From contig JAAZNL010000004.1 of the NCBI GenBank assembly GCA_012798315.1, forward strand, positions 1-62,279: a stretch of DNA of 62,279 bases, written 5' to 3'. This stretch comes from a candidate division WWE3 bacterium (GTDB lineage Bacteria > Patescibacteriota > WWE3 > UBA101185 > UBA10185). Below the pieces are notes generated by a model. It did not search any database. It was given only the letters and a program-made list of their open reading frames with translations, and had not been told where the DNA came from. This document shows, one piece after another, positions 39,907 through 50,438 of the stretch; position 1 is the first letter of the stretch, and each line of letters begins with the position of its first letter. Position numbers and translations under genes: made by a program.

Positions 39907-41991
39907 ATGTTTCAGCTTAAAGCTCCGTTTGAACCTACAGGAGATCAACCAGAAGCTATAAATAAACTTACCACCGGTTATTTTAATGGCGACAAAAGTC
40001 AGGTTCTGTTGGGAGTGACAGGAAGCGGGAAGACGTACACTGTGGCGCAAGTGATTCAAAATATCCAAAAACCTACGTTAGTCATTTCTCATAACAAGAC
40101 TTTAGCCGCGCAGCTTTACCAGGAATTCAGGGACTTTTTTCCAAACAATGCCGTCGAATATTTTGTAAGCTACTACGATTACTTCCAACCCGAAAGTTAT
40201 ATGCCTGCGACAGATACTTATATCGAAAAAGATGCGGATATTAACGATAAAATAGATAAACTCAGATTAGCTGCCACCACCTCGTTGATGACCCGTAAGG
40301 ATGTTATTGTTATTTCATCCGTGTCTTGTATATACAACTTAGGCTCTCCAGCCACATACTCGGAAATGGCGATAGAACTTAAGACCGGAATGAAACTAAG
40401 ACTAAAAGATATTTTGTTACGTTTGTCGCAGATAAGTTACACCAGATCGGATCTGGACTTTAAAAGAGGCACATACAGACTGTCCGGAGATGTTCTAGAT
40501 ATATACCCGGCCTACTTAGATAATGCGGTCCGTCTGGAGATATTTGATGATGTCCTAACTAATATTAGTTTTTTTGATCCTCTGACAGGTGAGGACGTAT
40601 ATAAAGATAATCTGCCCGAGGAACGTAGAGGCGACCATTTGAGAACTTATACTCAGGATCCTGCGGATTACTCCAATCACAGAGAACGTGAGGGCAACTT
40701 TGTAGTGATTTACCCCGCGAAACATTATGTTACGGCCGAAGAAAAACGTGGTAAGGCAATTGAAGAAATTAAACGGGATCTGGAAATCAGGTTAAAGAAC
40801 CTTAGAGACCATGGAAAAACTATTGAGGCTTACCGCTTGGAACAAAGAACTAACTATGATTTGGAAATGATCCAGGAAATAGGCTACTGCAAGGGAATAG
40901 AAAATTATTCAAGATATTTTGACGGTAGACCTGTTGGAGGTACCCCATACACGTTAATGGATTTCTTTCCGAAGGATTATCTATTAGTTATAGATGAATC
41001 GCATATAACTGTGCCGCAGGTTAGAGGAATGTACAACGGAGACCGTTCCCGCAAGCAGACTCTCGTGGATTACGGTTTCAGACTTCCGTCCGCAATGGAC
41101 AATAGGCCTTTAAATTTTGATGAATTCTTAAGAAAAGTAAATCAGACCATTTATGTGAGCGCTACCCCGGACCAATGGGAAATTGAAAATTCCGATCATA
41201 AGGTTGTTGAGCTTTTAATCAGGCCGACCGGTATTTTGGATCCGAAAATAACCGTACTGCCCACCAAAAATCAAATTAATGATTTGCTGGATAGAATTAA
41301 AGAACGTGTGGCGCGGAAAGAGAGGGTGTTAGTAACAACGCTTACAAAACGTATGGCAGAGGAGTTGGCCACTTTCTTAAACGAAAAATCAATAAAGGTT
41401 ACGTATCTGCACTCTGATATTGTTACCTTGGAACGTTCAACTATTTTAGACGATCTAAGAAAAGGCAATTATGATGTGTTAGTAGGAATTAACCTATTAC
41501 GCGAGGGTTTAGATCTTCCGGAAGTATCGCTGGTTGCAATTTTGGATGCGGATAAAGAAGGTTTTCTCCGCAGCCAGACATCTCTTGTTCAAACAATGGG
41601 ACGCGCGGCCCGCCACGTTTTGGGCGAGGTAGTTATGTACGCTGATACTATGACCGGAAGTATGGAACGAGCTATCGAAGAAGTTACGCGCCGAAGAGAA
41701 GTTCAGATTAAATACAACGAAGAACACGGAATTTCGCCTACTCAGATTATTAAACCAATCAGGGATACGCTTATTGACGTGCAGCTCGAAGAAACTTTCG
41801 AAGAAAAAAAGACATCACGAAATAAAGCAGCCGCGGAAATTGATTACAGCCAGTTGCCGCCAAAAGAATTAAAACATGAAATACGACAGTTAGAAAAACA
41901 AATGAAGTTTGAGGCCGAAATGCTAAATTTTGAAAAAGCGGCTTCTTTACGAGACAAAATTAAAGACCTATATAAACTAATTCACGAATAA
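39907..41991 (+). CDS. uvrB: Excinuclease ABC subunit B
   Basis: GVTGSGKT, YYDYFQPE, DESH, GINLLREGLD motifs; C-terminal UVR domain. Confidence 0.97.
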   Translation: MFQLKAPFEPTGDQPEAINKLTTGYFNGDKSQVLLGVTGSGKTYTVAQVIQNIQKPTLVISHNKTLAAQLYQEFRDFFPNNAVEYFVSYYDYFQPESYMPATDTYIEKDADINDKIDKLRLAATTSLMTRKDVIVISSVSCIYNLGSPATYSEMAIELKTGMKLRLKDILLRLSQISYTRSDLDFKRGTYRLSGDVLDIYPAYLDNAVRLEIFDDVLTNISFFDPLTGEDVYKDNLPEERRGDHLRTYTQDPADYSNHREREGNFVVIYPAKHYVTAEEKRGKAIEEIKRDLEIRLKNLRDHGKTIEAYRLEQRTNYDLEMIQEIGYCKGIENYSRYFDGRPVGGTPYTLMDFFPKDYLLVIDESHITVPQVRGMYNGDRSRKQTLVDYGFRLPSAMDNRPLNFDEFLRKVNQTIYVSATPDQWEIENSDHKVVELLIRPTGILDPKITVLPTKNQINDLLDRIKERVARKERVLVTTLTKRMAEELATFLNEKSIKVTYLHSDIVTLERSTILDDLRKGNYDVLVGINLLREGLDLPEVSLVAILDADKEGFLRSQTSLVQTMGRAARHVLGEVVMYADTMTGSMERAIEEVTRRREVQIKYNEEHGISPTQIIKPIRDTLIDVQLEETFEEKKTSRNKAAAEIDYSQLPPKELKHEIRQLEKQMKFEAEMLNFEKAASLRDKIKDLYKLIHE

Positions 41992-42058
41992 TCAAAATTA
42001 AATATTGATTAAAATATTTTCTAATTTATACTTGGGCTACGCACTCAAATAAAAAAAT

Positions 42059-44287
42059 ATGTTAAAAATGTTTCTTGCCATTACAGCTTCTATTGGGACT
42101 GTGATAATAAATCTGGTGAGAACAACCCTTTACATACTGAAAACTGCCCAAAAAAATTTGGAGTGTTCCGCCCAAAAATATATAAAACCTGTAGTATTGA
42201 GGTTTGTCTCTAAAGTCAAGCACTTCAAAAGGAAAACTAAGAAAACAAAAATCAAAGAAAGTTCGCGTTTAGAACTTCCTTTTATGTTAAAAGGTTTTGG
42301 AATTGGTTTTTTAGCTTGTTTCCTATTTGTTTTTGTTCCGTATTCAATATATAGCTGGTTTAAATTATTGCCCTCCCCGGAAGGTCTCGCCAAAGCAGTT
42401 CCGCCTTTACCTACACAAATTTTGGATTCTAAGGGCAGATTATTATTTGAAGTTTATCAGGACAAAAAATCCGAACCGGTCAAACTTGACCAGGTGCCTG
42501 ATCATTTTAAGAATGCTTTAATAGCAGTAGAAGATTCAAAATTTTATTCCCACCCGGGTGTAGATTTAAAAGGATTAATCCGGGCAGCATATCAGTCTAT
42601 AGCTAAGGATAATCTTCAAGGCGGATCAACTATAACTCAACAACTAGTAAAAAATGTTTTGCTTTCACCCGAACGAACAGTATCAAGAAAATTAAAAGAA
42701 GGTGTTTTATCAATTCTGGCAGAACGGATTTATACAAAAGATCAAATCCTGGAAATGTATATAAATAACATTCCGTTTGGAGGAGTAGCTATTGGCGCAC
42801 AGGCAGCAGCTGACAAATATTTTGGCAAGGATATTTCGGAATTGGATATTGCAGAGTCCGCTATGTTAGCCGGTTTGCCCGGCGCCCCAACTTCATATTC
42901 GCCAATTCTGGATTTAGAATCTGCCAAAAAAAGACAACTTTATGTTTTGCAAAGAATGGTAGACCAGGGTTATCTCACACAGGAACAAATGGATACTGAA
43001 AATAACAAGACACTTCATTTTTATGACCAGGGTATCTATATACGCGCGCCTCATTTTGTATCTTACGTAATTGAGCAGCTAAAGGATAAATACGGTGAAC
43101 GAATGCTATACAAAGGAGGTCTGAAAATATATACAAGTTTAGACTTGGATCTACAGGATCAGGTTGATCAGATACTGGAGGAAGAGATTTCGAAGAACGG
43201 AAAAAAACTTTATATAAGTAATGGCGCGGCATTGGTTATTGATGTTGAGAATTCTTCCATTTTGGCCTATCAGGGCTCCGTTGATTATTTTAAAGATAGC
43301 TGGGGTAGTTTTGATGTTGTGCGCGCCCCACGTCAACCGGGATCCTCTATAAAACCAGTCACATACAGTCTGGCTCTTTCCAACGGTTTTACAGCTGCCA
43401 GCATTATTAACGATGGGCCTGTCAGATATACCACAAAAGGCTCTGCCCCATATTCCCCTGTAAATTATGACGGAAGATTTCACGGAAATGTAAGCCTACG
43501 TCAGGCTCTTGCAAATTCTTACAATATCCCCGCGGTAAAAATAGCCGCCGTACTTGGTGCAGATAAGGTAAAGGAGCAGGGTAGAAAACTTGGATTAAGA
43601 TCGTGGGAGGGTATAGATAATTACGGTCTGTCTATTACTCTAGGGGGTGTAGAAGTTTCGTTGTTGGAGTTAACTAATGTATATGCCACTTTTGCACGTG
43701 GGGGTGTCGCGAAAGAACTAAATAGTATTGTTAGAATTGAACAATCGGATGGACAGGTTTTATTTGCGTCAAAAGAAACTTCTGGAGAACGTGTACTGAC
43801 TCCCGAAGTTTCGTATATTTTATCTCATATCCTGTCTGACAATAACGCACGACAACCAGCGTTTGGTGTTAATAACAACTTAAGTATTCCCGGTTATACA
43901 GTTGCGGTAAAAACCGGAACTACAGATAACAAAAGAGATAACTGGACTTTAGGATATACACCTTCATTTGCCGTAGGAGTTTGGGTTGGCAATAACAATA
44001 ATACGGTTATGAATCAGACATTGGCCTCAGGGTTAAGCGGCGCCGCTCCGATATGGAACAAGATTACCACTTACATGTTAAAAAATACGGCCTATAACAG
44101 GCAGGATTTTTTAATGCCTGACGGTATTTATGTAATGGTTGACAAGAATTGCAACGGAAAAAGCGAGGTTTTTGTCAAAAGCCAAAAATATCCGTTATCT
44201 TTATGTCAGCCAATAGACAATAACAAGGCAAAAAATGAAAAAAAGCGGGCAGAGACACCAAAAACGATAGACAGATCGGACTTCTGA
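42059..44287 (+). CDS. Class A bifunctional penicillin-binding protein (PBP1A family)
   Basis: GT51 motifs EDSKF-H-G, GGSTITQQ and RKLKE; transpeptidase motifs SSIK, SYN and KTG. Confidence 0.93.
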   Translation: MLKMFLAITASIGTVIINLVRTTLYILKTAQKNLECSAQKYIKPVVLRFVSKVKHFKRKTKKTKIKESSRLELPFMLKGFGIGFLACFLFVFVPYSIYSWFKLLPSPEGLAKAVPPLPTQILDSKGRLLFEVYQDKKSEPVKLDQVPDHFKNALIAVEDSKFYSHPGVDLKGLIRAAYQSIAKDNLQGGSTITQQLVKNVLLSPERTVSRKLKEGVLSILAERIYTKDQILEMYINNIPFGGVAIGAQAAADKYFGKDISELDIAESAMLAGLPGAPTSYSPILDLESAKKRQLYVLQRMVDQGYLTQEQMDTENNKTLHFYDQGIYIRAPHFVSYVIEQLKDKYGERMLYKGGLKIYTSLDLDLQDQVDQILEEEISKNGKKLYISNGAALVIDVENSSILAYQGSVDYFKDSWGSFDVVRAPRQPGSSIKPVTYSLALSNGFTAASIINDGPVRYTTKGSAPYSPVNYDGRFHGNVSLRQALANSYNIPAVKIAAVLGADKVKEQGRKLGLRSWEGIDNYGLSITLGGVEVSLLELTNVYATFARGGVAKELNSIVRIEQSDGQVLFASKETSGERVLTPEVSYILSHILSDNNARQPAFGVNNNLSIPGYTVAVKTGTTDNKRDNWTLGYTPSFAVGVWVGNNNNTVMNQTLASGLSGAAPIWNKITTYMLKNTAYNRQDFLMPDGIYVMVDKNCNGKSEVFVKSQKYPLSLCQPIDNNKAKNEKKRAETPKTIDRSDF

Positions 44288-44304
44288 CATAAATCTATAC
44301 AAAC

Positions 44305-44320
44305 CCGAAGAAAAGCCGTA
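44305..44320. promoter_or_regulatory. Candidate LexA operator (minus strand TACGG-cttttc-TTCGG) overlapping the uvrA -10
   Basis: CCGAA at 44305 and CCGTA at 44316 (11-bp period); TACAAT at 44319-44324. Confidence 0.6.
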
Positions 44321-44331
44321 CAATACTTGTT

Positions 44332-47319
44332 GTGAAAAACCCCGTAGATCAAATTATTGTCAAAGGTGCCCGTCAGCATAATCTAAAAAATGTTGATATG
44401 GAAATCCCAAAAAATAAAATGGTTGTGTTCACCGGAGTATCTGGTTCGGGTAAATCCTCGTTGGCTATGGACACAATTTATGCTGAAGGCCAAAGACGCT
44501 ATGTGGAGAGTTTATCCGCATACGCAAGACAATTCTTAGGGATAATGGATAAACCCGATGTTGATAAAATTGAAGGTTTATCTCCGGCCATAGCAATCGA
44601 TCAAAAAACGACCTCGAAAAATCCCAGATCGACAGTCGGGACAATTACAGAGGTTTACGATTATATTAGACTTTTGTACGCGCGAGTGGGGCATCCTCAT
44701 TGTCCGCAATGCGGCCGGGAGATACAACGTCAAAGCACCGACGAAATAGTAACCGGAACTTTAAGGTTAGTTGCAGAAAATCCATTATATAAAAGTGAAA
44801 AAGGAGTACGTTTTGTAGTTTTTACACCGATAATCAAAGATCGAAAAGGCGAATATTCAACTCTCTTTGAAAATCTTCGTAAGCAGGGCATATTGCGGGC
44901 AAGAGTTGACGGTGAAATGAAAAATCTTAAAGATGATTTTGATTTAATAAAAACAAATAAACACACAATTGATGGTTTAGTATCCAGACATATTGTTAAC
45001 CACAAAAAACTTCAAAATGAAGAAGAAATAAGCAATTTAAAATCCTCGTTGTTTCAATCTCTTGAAACCGGCTTACGTATGGGTAACGGAAATGTGATAG
45101 TTTCAATTGTAAAAGATAATTCATTCGATTTTCCGGAAAATCCCAAAGAGTATGAAGATCATCTATTTTCGGAAAATTTTGCATGCCCTGTATGTAATAT
45201 ATCTCTACCCGATATGGAACCCCGCACCTTTTCGTTTAACTCCCCTCACGGAGCTTGTCCAAAATGCGACGGTTTGGGCACACAATTAGAAGTAGATCCG
45301 TCATTGGTACTTAACCCAAGACTATCAGTAGATGAGGGTGGAGTTCTACCGTGGGCACGTTTATTTGATCATTACAGTTGGACTCAAAAGGTAGTAGAGG
45401 CTGTTTCAAAGTATTATCAAATAAATTTAAGTACGCCAATAGCAAGCTTACCTAAAGAACACCTGGATATTATTTTATACGGTGTAAAAGATAAAAGATT
45501 TAAGGTTACATATACAACTCAGGATAAACGTGAGCATACTTATGATGCAAATTTTGAAGGTGTGATACCAAACCTTCAACGACGCCACAAAGAAACAGAA
45601 TCGGATTATATCCGGGGAGAAATCGAGAGGTTTATGGTTTTGGAGACATGTCCTGTGTGCAACGGCTCCCGTTTAAAACCTGAAACTCTATCCGTAACTG
45701 TAGACAAACTGAACATTCATGAGTTAACAGAGATGTCGATTTTAGATACGCAAAATTGGGTAACCAATCTAAAAAATGTTTTTACTTTGCGTGAATCACA
45801 GATTGCCGAGATTATTATTAAAGAAATTAATTATAGATTACAGTTTTTAATAGATGTCGGCTTGTCTTACTTAACTCTTAGCCGATCTTCTTCCCATCTG
45901 TCAGGAGGAGAAGCGCAACGAATAAGATTAGCCTCTCAGATAGGTTCTGGCTTGTCCGGAGTGTTGTATGTTTTAGACGAACCGTCCATAGGACTTCATC
46001 AGAGAGATCAGGGTAAATTAATTAAGACCCTTCACCATTTACGCGATCTTGGCAACACTGTGTTGGTTGTTGAACATGATGCCGAGACTATGTTGGAATC
46101 AGATTATATTTTTGATTTCGGCCCTGGAGCAGGAGAACATGGCGGAACAATAATCGCGGAAGGTACTCCGGCAGAAATAATTAATAATCCAAAATCATTA
46201 ACTGGACAATATCTATCCAGAAAGTTAATTGTCGGTCAAAATTACAAAATCACAAAACCCGATTTGGATTACCTATTAGAAAAAGATGCGCGCATAAAAA
46301 CTAAAAAAGATATTGAAGGAAAATCTATTACGCTATATGGGGCGAATGGCCGCAATTTAAAAAATGTTAATTTTGAAATTCCTATGGGCAAGTTTGTATG
46401 TGTCACGGGTGTTTCAGGATCGGGTAAATCAACTCTTGTAATGGATACGCTTTACGTAGCATTACGCCAGCTTTTTGGCTTAAAAATCGAAGAAAAACCC
46501 GAGCCGTTTAAAGATTTAAAAGGATATGAGCAAATTTCAAATGTAATCGCAATTGATCAAACTCCGATCGGGCGTACACCTAAATCAAATCCTGCAACGT
46601 ATACTAAAGCTTTTGATCATATAAGAGATTTGTATTCAAAAACGCAGGAATCCAGAGTAAGAGGTTACCAATCAGGAAGATTTAGTTTTAATGTTAAAGG
46701 TGGCCGATGTGAAGCGTGCGGAGGAGAAGGTCAAATAAAAATAGAAATGCAGTTTATGCCTGACGTTTATGTGAACTGTGAGGTTTGTCAGGGAAAAAGA
46801 TACAACAGGGAAGCATTGGAAATTTATTACAAAGGAAAAAATATTGCGGATGTTCTTGATATGACAGTAGAAGAATCAGTCCGTTTTTTTGAAAACGTAC
46901 CCCAAATTAGAAATAAATTTGAAATATTAAATGAAGTCGGATTGGGGTATATCAGATTGGGTCAACCGGCCCCCACTTTATCCGGCGGCGAAGCGCAACG
47001 TGTAAAGCTGGCTCTGGAACTATCTAAACGATCTACAGGAAGCACTTTTTATATTCTGGATGAACCTACAACAGGTTTGCATTTTGCCGATCTCGAAAAT
47101 TTAATAGCCATAATAAAACGTTTGACCGCCCGGGGAAATACGGTATTGGTGATAGAACATAATCTTGATGTTATTGCCAATTCTGATTGGGTAATCGATT
47201 TAGGACCGGAAGGCGGAGAAGAAGGAGGCAAAATTTTATTTAGCGGCACTGTGCAGCAGATGATCAACGAAGGCATCAGTTATACCGCGCAAGCTTTACG
47301 CGCGCATCTCGGGCTTTAG
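44332..47319 (+). CDS. uvrA: Excinuclease ABC subunit A
   Basis: Two ABC ATPase domains (GVSGSGKS, LSGGEAQR) and Zn fingers. Confidence 0.97.
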   Translation: MKNPVDQIIVKGARQHNLKNVDMEIPKNKMVVFTGVSGSGKSSLAMDTIYAEGQRRYVESLSAYARQFLGIMDKPDVDKIEGLSPAIAIDQKTTSKNPRSTVGTITEVYDYIRLLYARVGHPHCPQCGREIQRQSTDEIVTGTLRLVAENPLYKSEKGVRFVVFTPIIKDRKGEYSTLFENLRKQGILRARVDGEMKNLKDDFDLIKTNKHTIDGLVSRHIVNHKKLQNEEEISNLKSSLFQSLETGLRMGNGNVIVSIVKDNSFDFPENPKEYEDHLFSENFACPVCNISLPDMEPRTFSFNSPHGACPKCDGLGTQLEVDPSLVLNPRLSVDEGGVLPWARLFDHYSWTQKVVEAVSKYYQINLSTPIASLPKEHLDIILYGVKDKRFKVTYTTQDKREHTYDANFEGVIPNLQRRHKETESDYIRGEIERFMVLETCPVCNGSRLKPETLSVTVDKLNIHELTEMSILDTQNWVTNLKNVFTLRESQIAEIIIKEINYRLQFLIDVGLSYLTLSRSSSHLSGGEAQRIRLASQIGSGLSGVLYVLDEPSIGLHQRDQGKLIKTLHHLRDLGNTVLVVEHDAETMLESDYIFDFGPGAGEHGGTIIAEGTPAEIINNPKSLTGQYLSRKLIVGQNYKITKPDLDYLLEKDARIKTKKDIEGKSITLYGANGRNLKNVNFEIPMGKFVCVTGVSGSGKSTLVMDTLYVALRQLFGLKIEEKPEPFKDLKGYEQISNVIAIDQTPIGRTPKSNPATYTKAFDHIRDLYSKTQESRVRGYQSGRFSFNVKGGRCEACGGEGQIKIEMQFMPDVYVNCEVCQGKRYNREALEIYYKGKNIADVLDMTVEESVRFFENVPQIRNKFEILNEVGLGYIRLGQPAPTLSGGEAQRVKLALELSKRSTGSTFYILDEPTTGLHFADLENLIAIIKRLTARGNTVLVIEHNLDVIANSDWVIDLGPEGGEEGGKILFSGTVQQMINEGISYTAQALRAHLGL

Positions 47320-49031
47320 TTAATCGGGTATTCTTTAAGTTGGGCGCTAAAATCGGAAAGTTGTATGGTTTTTGATTGTTGCGGCAAATATATTGTATTT
47401 GTGTCATTAGGGGCTATAGCCTTGCCGTTCTTTAAATATATAAAAACATCTCCTGTGTTCTTAATAGAGTATTTGGTTTGTTTTTTTATCCATGCAATAG
47501 GATTAAACGATAATTTCCTTTCCATTTCGAACTCAGGACTAAATTCGACCAACGAGGTGGTTTCAGGAAACTCTACTTCTACAAGTTTTTTATCTTGATC
47601 GTATCTGTATTCACCCGCAGACATCGGATACTCCGAATCAGTTCCTCTGATAACAAATACAAAATGGTTTGTGTCCAATTTTGTAAAGTAATCTATTCCA
47701 GATGTACTTCCCCATGTTGGATCTATTTGAACCCAGCCGAAAGCAGGATCGTAAAATTCAGGCCAGGCATGCAGACGATCTCCACCGTTTAGAATAACAG
47801 ATAAAGGTTTGTTTTCTTCATCTTTTGTTAATGCGTACCCGTTTAGTTGTCTTGCTGGTATGCCCATGGCTCTCGCCACGGTTATAAACAAATCTGTAAA
47901 TTCCATACAACCCCAGCTGTTTTTATCTAATAATGCTTTTTCAGCCCCCTTTCTATCAAGGCCCTTTTTTTCCTGAATACTAAAGTCGTAATGGTAATTT
48001 TCGAGAATATAGTCATATATTTTGAGTGCATTTTGGGCGACCGTTAGATTTTCGTCTTTCAGGTTTGTCACGAGCGATTTTATTGATTCTGAGTTAATAT
48101 CCCAATATTTGCTTTCCTGTGTATATATTTTTAATTTAGATGGAATGTCTCTAAAAATTCCGCCGTTAGAAGGTTCAATTTGTCTGCCGGAAATTCTGGC
48201 ATTACCGATTAGTTCTACTTCCATTTTAGCTTTACTTTTTAATTCATAGGTTGCCACAGTGTTGCCCTGATCATCCACTTTAATTTTTTTGGGCTCCGGT
48301 TTTATTGAAATATACTTGATTTGTTGCAGGCCTTGTATTTCAGGGGGAAACGCAACTTCGTACGAAGACTTAAAAAAATTATCGTTTTGCAGTTGGTAGA
48401 GTAATCTGAAATTAATTTGTTGGTATGTACCATACGAGGCTGTTATACCGTTTTTAACTATTTTTTCTTTTCCGAAAAATAAAACTGTATTTTTACCTTG
48501 TTTCTCTTCTTTATCCGGCAATGGAGATATATACAGCTTCGGGCCTAAATCTTCAGGAACAATCAGAGTTGTGTTGTAATCATCTTTTTCTGATTTTTCG
48601 CCTATACGGGGAATATTAATGTTCCATATATTTCCGATTTTCGTTGCAGTTTTTTTTGACGTATAGCTGATTTTTAAATCGTTCTTTTTATCTTGGCCTA
48701 TCACAAAGTCACCAAAACGCGCGGTAAGTTTAGTAATACCATCTTCATTTGTTTTCGCGACTTCTACTTTACGTCCTTTACTTTTTCCTGACACATCTGA
48801 AACGTCTTCCTTAAGTTCAATGCTGTAGCTGGATACTATTAAATCGCTTTTTAAATTTGTGATAGTAATATCATGTTCCACGTTTGTGGTACCGTCGCTT
48901 TGTATGGTATACGTAACGTTAGAATTCGTTTGAAATTTATCAAAAGCATCTTCCTGGCCAAATACAGGCAAAGGCAAAACAACTGTCAATAACAGAGTTA
49001 GCAAAAATACATAACCGTAAATCTTTTTCAT
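47316..49031 (-). CDS. Secreted transglutaminase-like (Cys-His-Asp) protein
   Basis: Signal peptide; GCMEF, ARAMGIPAR, HAWPE and IDPTW motifs. Confidence 0.85.
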   Translation of the reverse strand: MKKIYGYVFLLTLLLTVVLPLPVFGQEDAFDKFQTNSNVTYTIQSDGTTNVEHDITITNLKSDLIVSSYSIELKEDVSDVSGKSKGRKVEVAKTNEDGITKLTARFGDFVIGQDKKNDLKISYTSKKTATKIGNIWNINIPRIGEKSEKDDYNTTLIVPEDLGPKLYISPLPDKEEKQGKNTVLFFGKEKIVKNGITASYGTYQQINFRLLYQLQNDNFFKSSYEVAFPPEIQGLQQIKYISIKPEPKKIKVDDQGNTVATYELKSKAKMEVELIGNARISGRQIEPSNGGIFRDIPSKLKIYTQESKYWDINSESIKSLVTNLKDENLTVAQNALKIYDYILENYHYDFSIQEKKGLDRKGAEKALLDKNSWGCMEFTDLFITVARAMGIPARQLNGYALTKDEENKPLSVILNGGDRLHAWPEFYDPAFGWVQIDPTWGSTSGIDYFTKLDTNHFVFVIRGTDSEYPMSAGEYRYDQDKKLVEVEFPETTSLVEFSPEFEMERKLSFNPIAWIKKQTKYSIKNTGDVFIYLKNGKAIAPNDTNTIYLPQQSKTIQLSDFSAQLKEYPIN

Positions 49032-49074
49032 GCATCTATTTTACAGGATTCTGCTTTTGACGATAATTAAGCAT

Positions 49075-50421
49075 ATGACCGTTAAGGAAAAAGTTAGGGC
49101 ATTACCTTTGGAACCCGGTGTCTACTTATTTAAAGATATAAAGGGAACCGTGATCTATGTGGGTAAGGCAAAACAATTAAAGAACAGGGTATCGTCGTAC
49201 TTTCAATCTGGTATTTTGCCCGGTACCAAAACATATGCTCTCGTCAGCAGAATAGCTGATATGGAACATATTCAAGTAGAGAGTGAGTTGGAGGCGTTAA
49301 TTCTTGAATCTGATTTAATAAAAAAATACAGACCTCATTACAACATTATCCAAAAAGACGACAGAACGTATTTATATATAGTTATCCGACCGGTTCACAT
49401 AACTACTTCCGGAGGTGAAGCTACCATTTGGTCGGTATTTACCGCCAGAGAAACGGATTTAAAAGCCCGGGATGTTATTTATGGTCCTTATCCTGACGGA
49501 GGCACCGCAAAAGAAATTCTACGAAAACTACGACCTATATTTCAATTTAAAGACTGCAGTGAAACAAAATTTAGCAGATTTAAAAAAATGGGCAGACCGT
49601 GTCTATACGGTCATTTAAATTTGTGTACAGCCCCGTGTATATACAATGAACCCAAAGATATTGCCATCTATACCAAAAATATAAAAAACTTAAAAGCGGT
49701 ACTTTCCGGAAAAAGTAAAAATTTATTAAACCAATTTAAAAAAGGAATGGACAAAGCTTCTAAGGCACAACGATATGAAGACGCAATATATTACCGTGAC
49801 ATGATGGAAAAATACAAGTATGTGAGCAGCAAGTTTAGATCGTCAGAAAAATATATACTAAATCCTTATCTAATCGATGATTTAGCCGAAAAAGCTCTTA
49901 AAAACATTACTTTAATGATTCCAATACTTAAATCAGTTCCTAAACGTATTGAGTGCTACGACATTTCAAATGTTTCCGGTAAAGAAGCAGTCGGCTCAAT
50001 GGTTGTAGCTGTTGACGGAAAAGTAAATAAGCGCGAATACAAACGTTTTAAAATTAAACGCAAAGACAGTCCGAATGATTTTTTTATGATGCAGGAAGTT
50101 TTGGAACGCCGTTTACTTCACTCTATTCCTGACACAAAAAAAGTGCCATGGCCAGTGCCCGATTTGCTGGTAATAGACGGGGGAAAAGGACAGGTTAGCG
50201 CTGTCTTAAAAGTTGTTAAAAATCTTAATTTAGATATTCCGGTTGTTGGATTAGCAAAACGTTTTGAGAGTTTAGTGTATAAAACACAAGAGAGCTATGT
50301 TATAGCATCGTTTCCTAAAGACACAGAAGGAATGAAGCTGATTATAAGATTAAGAGATGAAGCGCACCGATTCGCGCAGGCTTACCATCATATGCTTAGG
50401 GCAAAAAAGTTTATAGACTAG
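49075..50421 (+). CDS. uvrC: Excinuclease ABC subunit C, lacking the C-terminal HhH domain
   Basis: GIY-YIG (PGVYLF, YVGKAK), UVR, RIECYDIS, IDGGKGQ and RDEAHRFA followed soon by a stop. Confidence 0.92.
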   Translation: MTVKEKVRALPLEPGVYLFKDIKGTVIYVGKAKQLKNRVSSYFQSGILPGTKTYALVSRIADMEHIQVESELEALILESDLIKKYRPHYNIIQKDDRTYLYIVIRPVHITTSGGEATIWSVFTARETDLKARDVIYGPYPDGGTAKEILRKLRPIFQFKDCSETKFSRFKKMGRPCLYGHLNLCTAPCIYNEPKDIAIYTKNIKNLKAVLSGKSKNLLNQFKKGMDKASKAQRYEDAIYYRDMMEKYKYVSSKFRSSEKYILNPYLIDDLAEKALKNITLMIPILKSVPKRIECYDISNVSGKEAVGSMVVAVDGKVNKREYKRFKIKRKDSPNDFFMMQEVLERRLLHSIPDTKKVPWPVPDLLVIDGGKGQVSAVLKVVKNLNLDIPVVGLAKRFESLVYKTQESYVIASFPKDTEGMKLIIRLRDEAHRFAQAYHHMLRAKKFID

Positions 50422-50438
50422 TATAATCTAAGTACGAT

